Assembly: GCA_051362555.1 (NCBI GenBank)
Contig: CM120649.1
Span: forward strand, 7,068,001 to 7,132,000
Direction: 5' to 3'
Length of the DNA: 64,000 nt
Source: Lingula anatina
Lineage: Eukaryota > Animalia > Brachiopoda
The translations under genes and the position numbers were made by a program. The notes under the pieces are model-generated. The model did not search any database. It was not told the DNA's origin and saw only the letters and a program-made list of their open reading frames with translations. Below are positions 1 through 24,933 of the stretch, in pieces (position 1 is the stretch's first letter; each line of letters opens with the position of its first letter).

Positions 1-299
1 TTTGACCCTCTTATGTAATATTGCTAGTCATTGTGTTTAATTTTTAGGTGCACTCTGAAATCCTCAGCATTGTTCCTTTTAATGTGTGTTCATATTGTAG
101 ATGTTTACAAATTATTTAATATCTAAGATACATTTTGCAGAGACAATTTTGATCAGGTGTGATGTTCATTGGTGGACTAAGATCATACTTTTTGTTAATT
201 TATTGTTTTGTGTTTAATAGTATAGAACATTACCATTATTTGATGTAATTGGTGTTGTTATTTATAATGGGCATTTTAGTGCACCTTGCCATAAATAGT

Positions 300-722
300 C
301 TCTATCCTGACTGGTCCTGGCTGTTTGAACCTGACTGTATGGTCCTGCCTACCTGGTCCCGGCTGTTTGATCTCGGCTGTCTGGTCCCCCTGTAAGGTCC
401 TAACTGCCCCGGCCATATGGTCCTGTCTGGTCCCGCCTATATAGGCCATGCTGTATGGTCCTGGCTATCTGATCTCGGCTGTCTGGTCCCCCCTGTAAGG
501 TCCTAACTGCCACAGCCATATGGCCCTGTCTGTCTGGTCCCGCCTGTATGGTCCTGACTGTCTGGTCCTGCCTGTCTGGTCCCACCTGTATGGTCCTGAC
601 TGTCTGGTCCTGCCTGTATGGTGTGGGCTGTATGGTCCTGACTGTCTGGTCCCTTCTGTTATGGTCATGGCTGTATGGTATCGGCTGTCTGGTACTGGCT
701 GCCTGGTCCCGGCCGTCTGGTC
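300..722. repeat. Degenerate minisatellite built on ctgt(c/a)tggtcc(t/c)g units
   Basis: CTGTCTGGTCC/CTGTATGGTCC cores recur at roughly 12-nt spacing, with a higher-order ~112-bp duplication. The overlapping repetitive ORFs on both strands are by-products. Confidence 0.85.
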
Positions 723-2220
723 ACTGCTGTTGACTTATAAAACCAGTACAACTTGAGTACTTTAAGTATGAAACAATTCATTAAAAAAATGTATATCAGT
801 ATAATTATGGTTTCTTTGCATTTTTATTCTAAGCATGCTCAGGTCACTTTGTTAATGAAATGGATAATATTTGATATTCGCAATTTTGTGTTCCTGCAAA
901 AGCAAAAAAAAGAAGTGAAGAAAAGCATTAATAAGATACCAGAAATCCTTTTCTCTGGCAAACACACCAGAAACTTGCAAAGTAGTTAATATTACAAACC
1001 ACATAATGGTATTCAGGTAATCATTATATGTAGAGGCATGAACATGTACGTCATTGTGATCTAAAATGTTTGCAGCTAGGTCACTTTGACCCGAGTTTTT
1101 TTTTTTTTTTTTAACTTTAATTGAGTCAATGCAAATGCTTATACAAACATAAAAATTCACCAAGATCCTTTTTCTTAGTAATTATAAGGTCACTTTTGAT
1201 CAGTTAACCTATTAGTCCAGCATGAAAATATGGTCACCCATATTTTCCTGTATTTTTGGCCCTATGTGCCAACTGTGAAACTGGTTCTTACAGGTGCAAT
1301 ATATGTCATTTTTCAGTCATTTAATTGTATTAATTATTATGATTGTATTGTGTAAATTGTATTAATCTTGTTAACTACAATTTCAGATCATGTATGGTTC
1401 TTGTTGCCTCATGCCCTATGGCGTGTTGGTGTTCAATTTTGATATCTTATTGTTGATAGAATATTTAAAAAGAATTTGTATTTTTCATACTATTACATTA
1501 TAGTTAATATTTCAAAGTATGATTATTACTATCATTGTGAAACTCTATCTTTGTGAAAGTTAATAAACTTTTTTCAAAAATTAATATTATTGTTGTGTAA
1601 CAGCACGTATATACTTTAGTTTTGAATTTCTTTTTAATTTTTTTTTCTTTAATATACATTTATGGCATATAAAAAGAACACTTAGGATCACTTTTTTATA
1701 TTTTTTCTAATTCAGTAGTTAAGCTTTGGCCAGACATTAAGACTGCCAGGAGGGAATATTGACATCGAGTACTTTTATTTGAGGGGTTTCATAAAATTAA
1801 AATGGTCTGGAAAGTGGGGAAAGGTAAATAACTTTGCTGGATATCTAGAAAAATGTATAAATACTCATACGTTGTAGTCCAGGTTAAAAAAAAAACCCTA
1901 TCACAAGAAAGATGTTACAAATGTTTTAGAGTAATTTGTGTGCTGCAATTAGCTGACACCATGAGTTATGAAGGACACTTGCGTTTCTCTTCTTTAACTA
2001 CGCGGGCTGACAGTATGCCTCTGCTGTTTCCAGTTTCTGATAGTAGAGAAGCGTTTTTAGGCTATTTCCTGCGGCCTCTGAAACTCAAGGTTATAACAGT
2101 CAACTGTGACCTCTTTCTCCAGTACAATTATCTCACTTTGAGAGGTCCTAACATGGGTAGTTGCTATCCTTTTTAAACCTTTGACATGCATGTTCCTTTA
2201 AAATTGGATCCTTGGATCTT

Positions 2221-2940
2221 CTATTCTGGAATCTCCCGTCGAGCAAACAGAACATCCAATCCACGAGTAAATTTTACCTCCCGGTACATCCCTGTCTTTT
2301 GGAAAATCTCCTGGATTTCTTTAAGGCGTCGAGCCAATTCGCGTTCTCCTTTCGGTCCTTTCTCGAAAACGGAGTACTCTACTGACCACACGTCCACGGT
2401 GATGTCTCCCCAGGGAAATGTCCTCAGAATCTCCGCCTCGGCCCCCTCGACGTCCAGGGAGAAGTAGTCCACATGGGTCACCCCCAGTGCGGCCAGGATG
2501 GAGTGTATTGGGAAACACTGCGGCAAGCCTTTGCCACGAATAACACTTTGTACATTTGCCGGAAGAGCGCGTCCCGTTTCACTGATGCCGCCCAAGAGAC
2601 TGGCATATGTGAATTCTATTCGCTGTGGGTGCGGTCGTGGAGACAGGCAGGCGTTTATGGTATATGATTTCCTGTGTGGAAAGAAAGTTCTGTAAGTCAG
2701 AGAAGTAATTCACCAGCTGTGTTATGTTATAAGAACAGTATTTTTTTTTCATAAAGCAAACAGTTAAATATTAAAATTGTTTACCTACAATATTTCGATG
2801 CCTGTCAGAGCATCTTCATGTGGGAATGAGGTTATCCGGGTGAATAGCTTTTATTCAGAAGTTGGGGGGTACTGGAGTCGTTCGATGTGAAAGCCCTTTT
2901 CACTAGTGTACCAGGAGATGAAGTGGTGATTATGCCCTGC

Positions 2941-2971
<31 letters not shown>

Positions 2972-4064
2972 AAAAAAAAAAGCAGAAAAAGATGACAGCT
3001 GGAATGATAGGATTAAGTGACACCAGTGGAATTTGGGGATTTGGGGATCTACTAAAATGGTCATTCAATTAAGCTGATTGCACTTAACGAGAATCCCCGC
3101 AAAGTTGGGTTTATCCACGGAATGGGGGTCTAAGTGCAAGATTTTTAATACATGTTTAGTATGTTAACTGTTTCTTTTCAAACTAATCTGAAGAAAAGTA
3201 ACACACTTTTAACAATTTTTAACATCTGAATAGAAATAACTGAAACTATATTGTGCATAGTCATAAACTTTACGATCTTTTGGCTTTAGGCAATGCAGGC
3301 CATGCATTCCCTTAGGAAAAACTGTTTGGTATATGACACGTAGCAAAAGTCAGTCAATAAATTTATATAGTCACGAATCAGGACTATGAATACTAAAATA
3401 TAGCTTAAAACCATCGAAGCGTTAATGATATATCATCCTCGAAGTAAATGTGTGTGTTTTTTAAGTCTAGAACAATTTGATCTCGAACTAAATGAAATTA
3501 CCTGTGTTTCTTGATCAAGCTTTCAAAGATCCACGGATCTGCTTCCACGAGTAATCCCGTCCAATTCCGAAATCTCTCGAAAAATAAAGAGTTAGAAAAG
3601 AGTTCCCCGTCCGCCGCCCCCGCCTCAACAAAAAATCCGTTCTCTCTCTGCTTTAATAGCTCGTCAACTGTTTCTGATTGCTTTACCTGAGAATTGTGTT
3701 TTTTCTTTGGGTTTTTCAAGTAGTATGGACGTTTGGACGGCGCAAGGAGCCATCTTTCGCGGATAAGCCTCAGTAATCTAGGATCGGTTGCATTCACTGC
3801 CTTTGATCCAAGGTCCTCGATCATGTCTGCACTTGTCGGTAAAATGTCACCTCGATGAACGCTAGGTTTCTTGTAGTGGTCAGGTTGGGGATAAACACTT
3901 AACACCCTGCTCTGTCGCGGCTTTGAGTCCGTTTCACGAACGCGGCCTGTGGCATCCAAGAGTAGGCCTATCAATGAAGGTATGATCATTACCGCAGCGA
4001 TTAACAAACTTATTTTCAGCGTTCGAAGCGTTAAAGGCATTAAAAGACATTTCAAAACATCCAT
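2221..4064 (-). CDS. FkbM/Methyltransf_21 family (Star-like) type II membrane methyltransferase, copy 1, ~337 aa
   Basis: Two exons, 4064-3502 and 2671-2221 (phase-2 GT-AG intron, 1014 nt in frame). N-terminal hydrophobic anchor, GFFVEAGAADGELFSNSLFFE motif, WTGLLVEADP, and VDYFSLDVEGAEAEIL motif. Confidence 0.9.
2860..3060 (+). mobile_element. Decayed Penelope-like reverse-transcriptase fragment inside the methyltransferase intron
   Basis: 2878-2913 translates to SFDVKALFTSVP, matching the Penelope RT motif SFDVxxLFTxVP. Downstream sequence is broken by poly-C/poly-A runs and a stop. Confidence 0.6.
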
Positions 4065-4999
4065 TGCTGGAAGATCTCGGACCCCAACCTCTGCCTTTAT
4101 GCCACTGATTTTCACTCTATTTACAGGCACACCAATACAAGTGTTTCACATGCTTCATTTGCATATTACTTTTATCGCTGCGATGATGAATTAGAGTCGC
4201 GCATGCGTCATAACCCACGTCATTCTCACCTCTCATGAACATTTTCACAAAATATTCATACGATTTATGTCCACAGTATACTTATTAAGAACGTCTGAAC
4301 ATAAGCCAGTTACATATGGAAAATAAATTTATAATACTAGAATACTATGTTTTATTGTTATTTCTATTAATTTATGCCCTTTTAATATCATTTTGGTTAT
4401 TTCCCCCGCCAAAGTATACCCTAACCACGACCGTTGAGAAAATTTAGATCCATACAACTGTTTTTGAGTTTTTTTTTATCAACATTTTGGGCGACCTCGT
4501 CCAAAATTGACAGCTTCCATTCCCAGTACGGTTTCCAGAGTCTCATATTTGCACTGTATTGTCTCGCATATAACTCATAAATGAATTACTAAGGCTGAGA
4601 CCCGGATTTTACTGTAAGTTCCTAGATGGAGACACAGGAGAAGCCTGGCGAACGTGGTGCTCAGAGGTAAAAAAGAAACTGTAGCCATGTCACGCCAATC
4701 AGAAAAGTCCAGACTATGGCGAGGGATCGACAACACGGTTTATTTTGACCCAAGATGTACCAGTTGCAGTCCTGTTAAATGAATATCAGTGTGTCTGTGC
4801 CGATTCCACGGTGTTTCCAGTATCTGATAGTAGATATTGTGTAGAAGAGTGGCGAGTTGCAAACGTCTCCATAAACCCAGGGCGTCGGACATCAATTTTG
4901 ACATGTAAGGTTAATATGGCGTATCCAGGCGACTAAAGTTTATACCGTCGACGTTTGTATGTGACACTGTCCACCTACACACAAGTAACGAGTTCTATA

Positions 5000-5588
5000 C
5001 TAGATCAATACCTCTCGTCGAGCAAACAACACATCTTGTGTTTTACGAAATTTCACCTCCCGGTACAACCCAGTCTTTTGGAAAATCTCCCTGGTGCCTT
5101 TGAGGCGCTTCTGCGTGTCTCCCCCTCCTCCAGAGCCGAAAACCCCATACTCTACTGTCCACACGTCCACGGTGATTTCTTCCCATGGGAATGACCGGAG
5201 GATCTCCACCTCGGCCCCCTCGACGTCCAGGGAGAAGTAGTCCACGTGGGTCACCCCCAGCGCCGCCAGGATGGAGTGTATTGGGAAACACTGCGGAAAG
5301 CCCTTGCCACGAATGGCGTCTTGTGCATAGTCAGGGAGAACGTGGCCCGTCTCACCAATGCCGCCTAACTCACTGGCATATGTAAACTCCATTCGCTCTG
5401 GATGCGGTCTCGGAGACAAGCAAGTGTTGATGATATATGATTTCCTGTATTAAAAAAGAAAAAAGTTGTTTTAAATTGAGCAATGGATTTACAAACAAGT
5501 AACAAACAACAATCAAATAGCCACTAACAAGGCTAAGAATTTGTCAATCTCTTGAAGTGTACCGACACACCTGTATCGTTATGTAAAA

Positions 5589-5633
<45 letters not shown>

Positions 5634-6494
5634 GACTAACAAGACAATCAAATTTTTTACACTACATCAATCATCCTCGCATGCGCATAGTCACAGTCAC
5701 ACGTGGCAGAACACATCAGTATGTCATATTGCCAAATTCTTCTGATGTCAAACTGTATGGTAAAGGCTTAAGTGTTTTTATAATTATACAAATATGCATA
5801 TATAGTACAGTATTTTGTGTTGTATATATCAGAAATCGAGACAATAAATAAAATAGTCTCCAAATATTGTTGAGAACCACCTGTACCATGTTTTGTATTC
5901 CCAAGCAGTGTGACCTCGAAATAAAATCCATCTACCTGTGTTTTTTGGTTATCTTATAAAAGGCCCACGGGTCTGCCTCTACGAGTACCCAGTCCAGTTC
6001 CGAAATCTCTCGAAAAATAACGAGTTGGAATGGGACTCCCCGTTCGCCGCTCCCGCCTCAACAAAAAAGCCGTTCTGCCTCTGCTTCAGTAGTTTATCAA
6101 CTGTCTGCGATTGCCCTATCTGAGACGTGTGTTCTTTCTCTGGATTTTTCAAGTCGTACGGGCGACTGGAAGGCGCAAGAAGCCACTTTTCACGAAGGAG
6201 CCTCAACAGTCTAGGATCGGTGGCATTCACTGCCTTTGATCCCAGGTCTTCGATCAAGTCTGCACTTGTCAGTACTAGTTGGCCGGTGAACGCTAAGTCT
6301 TTGGAATCAAGGTGTCTTTCTTTAGGGGAAACATTCGACACCATGCTCTGTCGCGTCTTTGGGCTTGTTACGCGAATGCGCACAGAGATATCCGAAAGTA
6401 TTAACAACGACAGGACTATTACTACGCCAGTGACCAACAAACTTATTAGCCGCCGATGATTTAATCGCACTGGGACACGTTTTAGATGAACCAT
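5000..6494 (-). pseudogene. FkbM/Methyltransf_21 paralog, copy 2, with a 1-nt frameshift (pseudogene or assembly error)
   Basis: Exons 6494-5936 and 5444-5000, same intron position as copy 1. The frame reads WTGYS* but restoring one base at the G run (5988-5990) gives WTGxLVEADPWAFYKITKKHR, colinear with copy 1. Confidence 0.75.
5591..5629. repeat. (CT)n microsatellite
   Basis: Perfect dinucleotide run in an intron. Confidence 0.95.
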
Positions 6495-9179
6495 CGTTGG
6501 CAGATGTAGAACCCTAAGCTCTGCGTATCTCTCACTAATTTCCTTAATATATACAACTCATAACTTCATTTATTACCCCAAACCGCACTATCGTGCTATA
6601 TAATTAATATTGTATCTAAAGGGATAACAACTATTTATTTTGGCCAAAAAATGGATTTTTTGGGATAAACGACAAGTTTCCCATACAAACCCACGATTAC
6701 TGTATCTATTCCGACAGTTAAAGATAGTCCCTATTTTTTTTCTAAAGAGTTTTTTTTTTTAATCTCTTAAGAGATCTTAAGAGGGTAGCCGTTTATAGAG
6801 GTCAAGTGGTCCGATGGCAAGCACAAATTCCAGAGTAATTGCGATAAACGCCATTTGGGTGGTAAAATAGAATTGATACTATATCTATGAGTTGTTTACA
6901 GTGTATTTATTGTGAAAAATGGATCTCTTACGAACAGTTGTTATCCCTAAACGCCGGACACGATATACTTAGTTACCTGGACTGTTAAATAATTCACTTC
7001 TGTTTCGCCGCAAAAAGCGGAATGCTCTCATAGCATAGCAGTGTATTATGCAGTGCTATATTGTGGGATTATAGCCTATCTCACGAGCAGAGATCAATAT
7101 ATCAGAAATATAATTCATAAGATGATTATATATTATTCAGTGACGATTAGAAGTCATGATAGCTAGCTTCAAAATCGACGCCTGGGAATATTCCTACATT
7201 ATTTGCATTTTACATAGATTGTTCTTAAAGTTTAAGATGACTGTACTTGCAACCTTTCCTCTTCACACAAGATTATATGCTGTCAACTCTTTTTTTTCTG
7301 TATTTTTGTGAATTTCATGTTGAAATCAGGCAGCTAATGGGTAGCTGATCCCGAATTCGGACCACAATACCCGTTTAATTACAGCTTTGGAAACGCCTCG
7401 CTCGCGCTGCTAGTTAATTACGCCGCGGGGTATTCGGGGCACAGACCGTGATCATTAGATACCGCCAATGGATTTTCAGGTTTTTAGAATTTAGATTTTT
7501 CATGTGAACGCAGCCTATTAAGGCTCAAAACAAAGCGTTCGACAGCGTCATTTGCTTAGTGTCAGAGACGGGAAACGGCTCGTTTTAAAACATACAGCAA
7601 AGAACTATTCACTGGTAGGTCATCTCCTGAAGACATAAAATGAAAGGCGCGCCAACTTATCGTAAGGCCAAAAACCAGTACGCGATTCTACAATTTCTTC
7701 GTTTAAATGGGCAGATATCACGCTTATTTAAAACTGATAACGTAAAACAGCTTTGCCAATAGAATTTGAATCCACATACACTCCAGTTTTTGTAAAGATT
7801 GGGACTTGCAAAAACGCGTTACTTTGCTTTCCACCATTTTAAAAATGCAAGAATTATTTTAAAAACGGCGGTTTGCCGCAAACTGTACTTAACATCCTTC
7901 AGGAATCCCCCCGCCCGACTTGTTTCTTATCAGCAGTAGTAACTATACCAACACATCACTTTTGAAATATATGAAAAATTTAATATATCTATAGTTTGTT
8001 AACAAGATGTTCTCCTCACAAAAGATAGACGCTCTATCCGCAACAAGCCTGCCGTCCTGCACACGCGGTAAGCACGTGTTCGCGCGCAGACTCGCGCACA
8101 TGGCACTGACATGCACGGATTTCCTACCCTGTGCTAACATGACATAACCCGGAACTGTATCCTGCCAAGCGTGCACCGTTGAGTTTTGGTTCTTCTTTCC
8201 GTCATTTTTGTCATTAAATTCGTCTTTTCTTTGCAGCAGGCATACTGGCTTTGTCTGGGAGTCTTCAAAAGAGGGCACATTAACCCTCTCCTCCTCCTGA
8301 CGCAAGAAAGGACGAACCGGAGTTCCACATTTTTCTATTCCGTTGCAGTTTTGCGGAGGTGACTCTAAGCTAACATCCATAAAGCAGTCGGGTGAAAACG
8401 TTCTCCATTCCTCCCCAAAACCAATCTTACGAACATCAATTAACTTACACAGCTTGTGCTGCAGCATTATCATTGAAAGCTATTATATCACTACAAACTG
8501 GCAGCCTTTACAACAAGGACCCCCTGTTAACTGGGGGTGGGCACGAAGCCCGGCTCTAGGGCAGAGATCGCGCTCTGACGTAGCTTTACATCCAATAGAC
8601 TAAATTTAAGATAAATAATAACAATAAATTGAGGACTGGACAAAAATATCTATATGGTACAAAATACACCAACACTAAATTCAATCTCCAATGCAGTAAA
8701 CTGGCGTTGATTGCTTGAGAACAGTCTCTACAATTTTATGCATGTACAACATACGCGTTTTCACCTCGCTCACAAATGGCGCCAAATAAAACAAAGAAGC
8801 GTATGCTTAGCAAACAGTACCTATAATTTGTACAGTTACATATAGAATACAATTAGATTTCAAATGTCAAGTTCGGCACCTCTTGGGTGACCTACTTTAC
8901 AAGGTCAAGGGCACACAGCCCTCCCTCCTCCTCTCTTCACAAATATGTCTCTCTTATTCGCTTTGCTTTTTTTCTTTAAGTATAACAACGTCAATGTGTG
9001 TGTGGACAAATAAATATCGCTAGAATCATCCAGTCGCAGAATCCGTGTATACATCTGATATCTCGCCTGGAAAATATATATGCCGCGTAGAATCCACAAT
9101 GTAGTCGCCGTCGTCACACTGAGAAAGAGAGAGAGACACTAACCTCGGGCTAGTGTCATAATCGCTATAACTGGCTGGG

Positions 9180-22190
<13,011 letters not shown>

Positions 22191-22206
22191 GTTCACGTAC
22201 TGAATA

Positions 22207-22228
22207 CCGCGAAGAAAGGACAGAACTA
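22207..22228 (-). promoter_or_regulatory. Putative TCT/5'TOP-like pyrimidine initiator of eIF4A
   Basis: GTTCTGTCCTTTCTTC about 20-35 nt upstream of the ATG, as is typical for translation-factor and snoRNA-host genes. Confidence 0.5.
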
Positions 22229-24933
22229 GGGCCGCATAACGCATACGGCGGAAGCTACACTGCGAAAAGTAGCTCCTTAGAGGAAGCAAATTAATATTTG
22301 AAAAAAAAGACAGAAAAACATTATTTTACATAGAACATCTCTTTTCAAGTATGTCACTTTAACTGACTACATAAAGAGTGGGAATTATTTTAATTTTAAT
22401 GCTGCGAATTTATTTTGTTGAAGGTAATGAGGTAAAAGATTCGGGGATCCCCCTTGCAAATAACAAATGCTTCCGAAAGGTCAGTTCCGTTGACGTCATT
22501 TTTGAGCACATGTTTGACCTCTCTCTCATTGATTGAAATGACAGAGGTGGGCGGAGCGCTGTATTACATATAATGGTGCATTATACCAGCTGTTTTAGCG
22601 ACCATCTTTGAGTCTTCTACTGTTTAACTGCGACGGGTAGATAGGCAGTTTTATTAAATGTCACGATTATATGAAAAGAAACTATGCTTTTCAGATAATT
22701 TCATATTATTATTCAACCCCTACAAGCGAGATCCATTTCCAGCGTTTTTATGAGCCTTTTTTGTGCACTTTCTGATTTCAGTGCAAATAGAATGTTTCAG
22801 ATTTATAGAAAAATGCACATATTTGATTGCCAGTCACAGTCTTGGTTATTGATAGAAATTTCCCACTTTAAATTTTTCATTTTTTATTGAATGGATGTAC
22901 ATGCTTATTTACCAATACACTTTCATATTCAAGTCATTACACCTTTTTTATTAAAATTAATTTTATTTAGTAATAAATGTAGGTACAATTAACAATTAAA
23001 ATATTTAACTATGACTGAACTAATTTACATGACACAACTGTAAGTTATACCACATAATAATAATAATAATGAATAGTTCACAGAAGGCCATACAATTCTT
23101 TTCATGTTGAATATGACACATTTTATAACAACAAAATCCTATTTCAATTTAAAATTACTCCAGATAAGAGACCTTCAAATATATTTAACAAAACATCATG
23201 TGGAAAAATGGAAAAAGTACATTAAAATTCATGAACAACTTCAAACAGAATATGTAAGAGAGTACATGACATTGTTTTTTCTGAATTCTTTGCATGATCA
23301 GTTCATAATTACGAAACCCATTAACATGTACAAGTTTTGAAGAAAACATTAACCATCCATATTTGGAACTATTTTGAATGCACACGAAGAGTGCAAAGAA
23401 GAAACACAGGACTACAAGAGTGTAAAATCAAAACTGAGTATTTTAAAATCCCCCACACAAAGTCTACAAGTAGGCTAAAATTCATTTAACGACATCATAA
23501 GAAGCAGAAATTGTTTTTATACACAACTACTACCAATAAAGTAATTAAAAGCATGGAATATCAATGGTGAAGACAACATATGTTCTAAATATATGTTAAG
23601 GACTACTAAGAGGGGGGAAAACTTCACCTTCATCCATTTTACAAAATGCACTTAAAATTCACATTTGACTTATGAACTATATTCATTTTTTAAAATTTGA
23701 CAATATTATCTTCAAATACAAGACATTTTTAAAAAACAAAATATCCTTAAACATTGGACAGAGTTATAATTTCATGATTACAAAAGCTATCATTTTTAAT
23801 TTCATTAATGTGTACTTTATCTTCACCATCCAGCATTCTTCACAAGAGAAATATATGTACATAAGCAAGAGACAGAATATATGTGAAAAATAAGTCTGAT
23901 GCCCCACCAAATGCATTCTACAATCAATTTATATCAAGCATCTTAAGGAAGGAGCCTCTTTATATCAACGGTAACTGATAAATAAAAGCAGGTTCTTTGT
24001 CATACTGACTTACCATATTTTCTTTATAAATCAAATCACCTTTTGCACAAAATGGAGCTTTTATTTAATTGGCGAAAAAAAAAAAAAAGTGAATGGGTAT
24101 TATAGTTAAAATAGATTGCCTTTAAACAACATTTTAACAGTAAGTTGACAAATAAAATGCCTTAGAATGAATATCTAGTGAGAAACCACACAAGATGACA
24201 GCAAAAAGTCTGACATATTTAATAAAAGTATGGCAGTTTTGGTGTGTAGATTGTGTAAAGCACGGTTTACTTATTTCACATTCTCCAAAGCAAAGCAAAT
24301 ATGTAGAGGGAGACTAATTGTGGAGTAAAACTTTGGTGTTTTTTCATTTTTGTTCTGTGTTTTGTGTTTGCAGTGACTGCGACCTGAGTGGGTAACTAAT
24401 ACCAATAAGGCTAAATGGTGACATCCTCAGTATTTTACTGTCTAATCCAGGAGGAGCCATTAGTGAACTACACAATGTGACTGGGACCCAATACTACAGT
24501 AATACTAAAGTAGTCTATTCATGTCAGCATGATTAAAGAAATATTCATCAATTAAATATCACACAATCACTTAAAATCCATTTGCCATGTAACTATTAAA
24601 AATACTCTTCCATAAATTATGTCAGAATTACTCAAAATAGTTCTGAAATAGCCTAAAATATAATCACAAAAGATTTTAAAATTATATCATATATCCTCAA
24701 GTATCACACTTATTAAAAAGACATTTTTCAGTAAAAGCAATTCTAAAACAATGTGCTGATGAAGTGTGCTTGTTTATGCAATCTACAACAGTTTCTCTGT
24801 TTTTTTTTTTTTAAAGTTGACAATAAAAGGTTATGATGGGGATAAATAACTAGGTCAGACAGATCTCATTTCAGGACCAAAAATAAACTTAAACCTCTAC
24901 TGACCATATTTGACTCATTTTCACTGATACTTC

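Noticed and set aside
400-756. Repetitive ORFs on both strands
   Set aside because: They are open in several frames because of the minisatellite; I found no gene context.
2000-2220. SECIS or selenoprotein interpretation of the methyltransferase 3'UTRs
   Set aside because: No in-frame TGA in either model, and the defect in copy 2 is a frameshift.
2940-2981. Long poly-C/poly-G runs (also near 26788, 35576, 47504, 54862, 55689)
   Set aside because: Scattered intronic homopolymers on either strand with no consistent position; their lengths are unreliable in assemblies.
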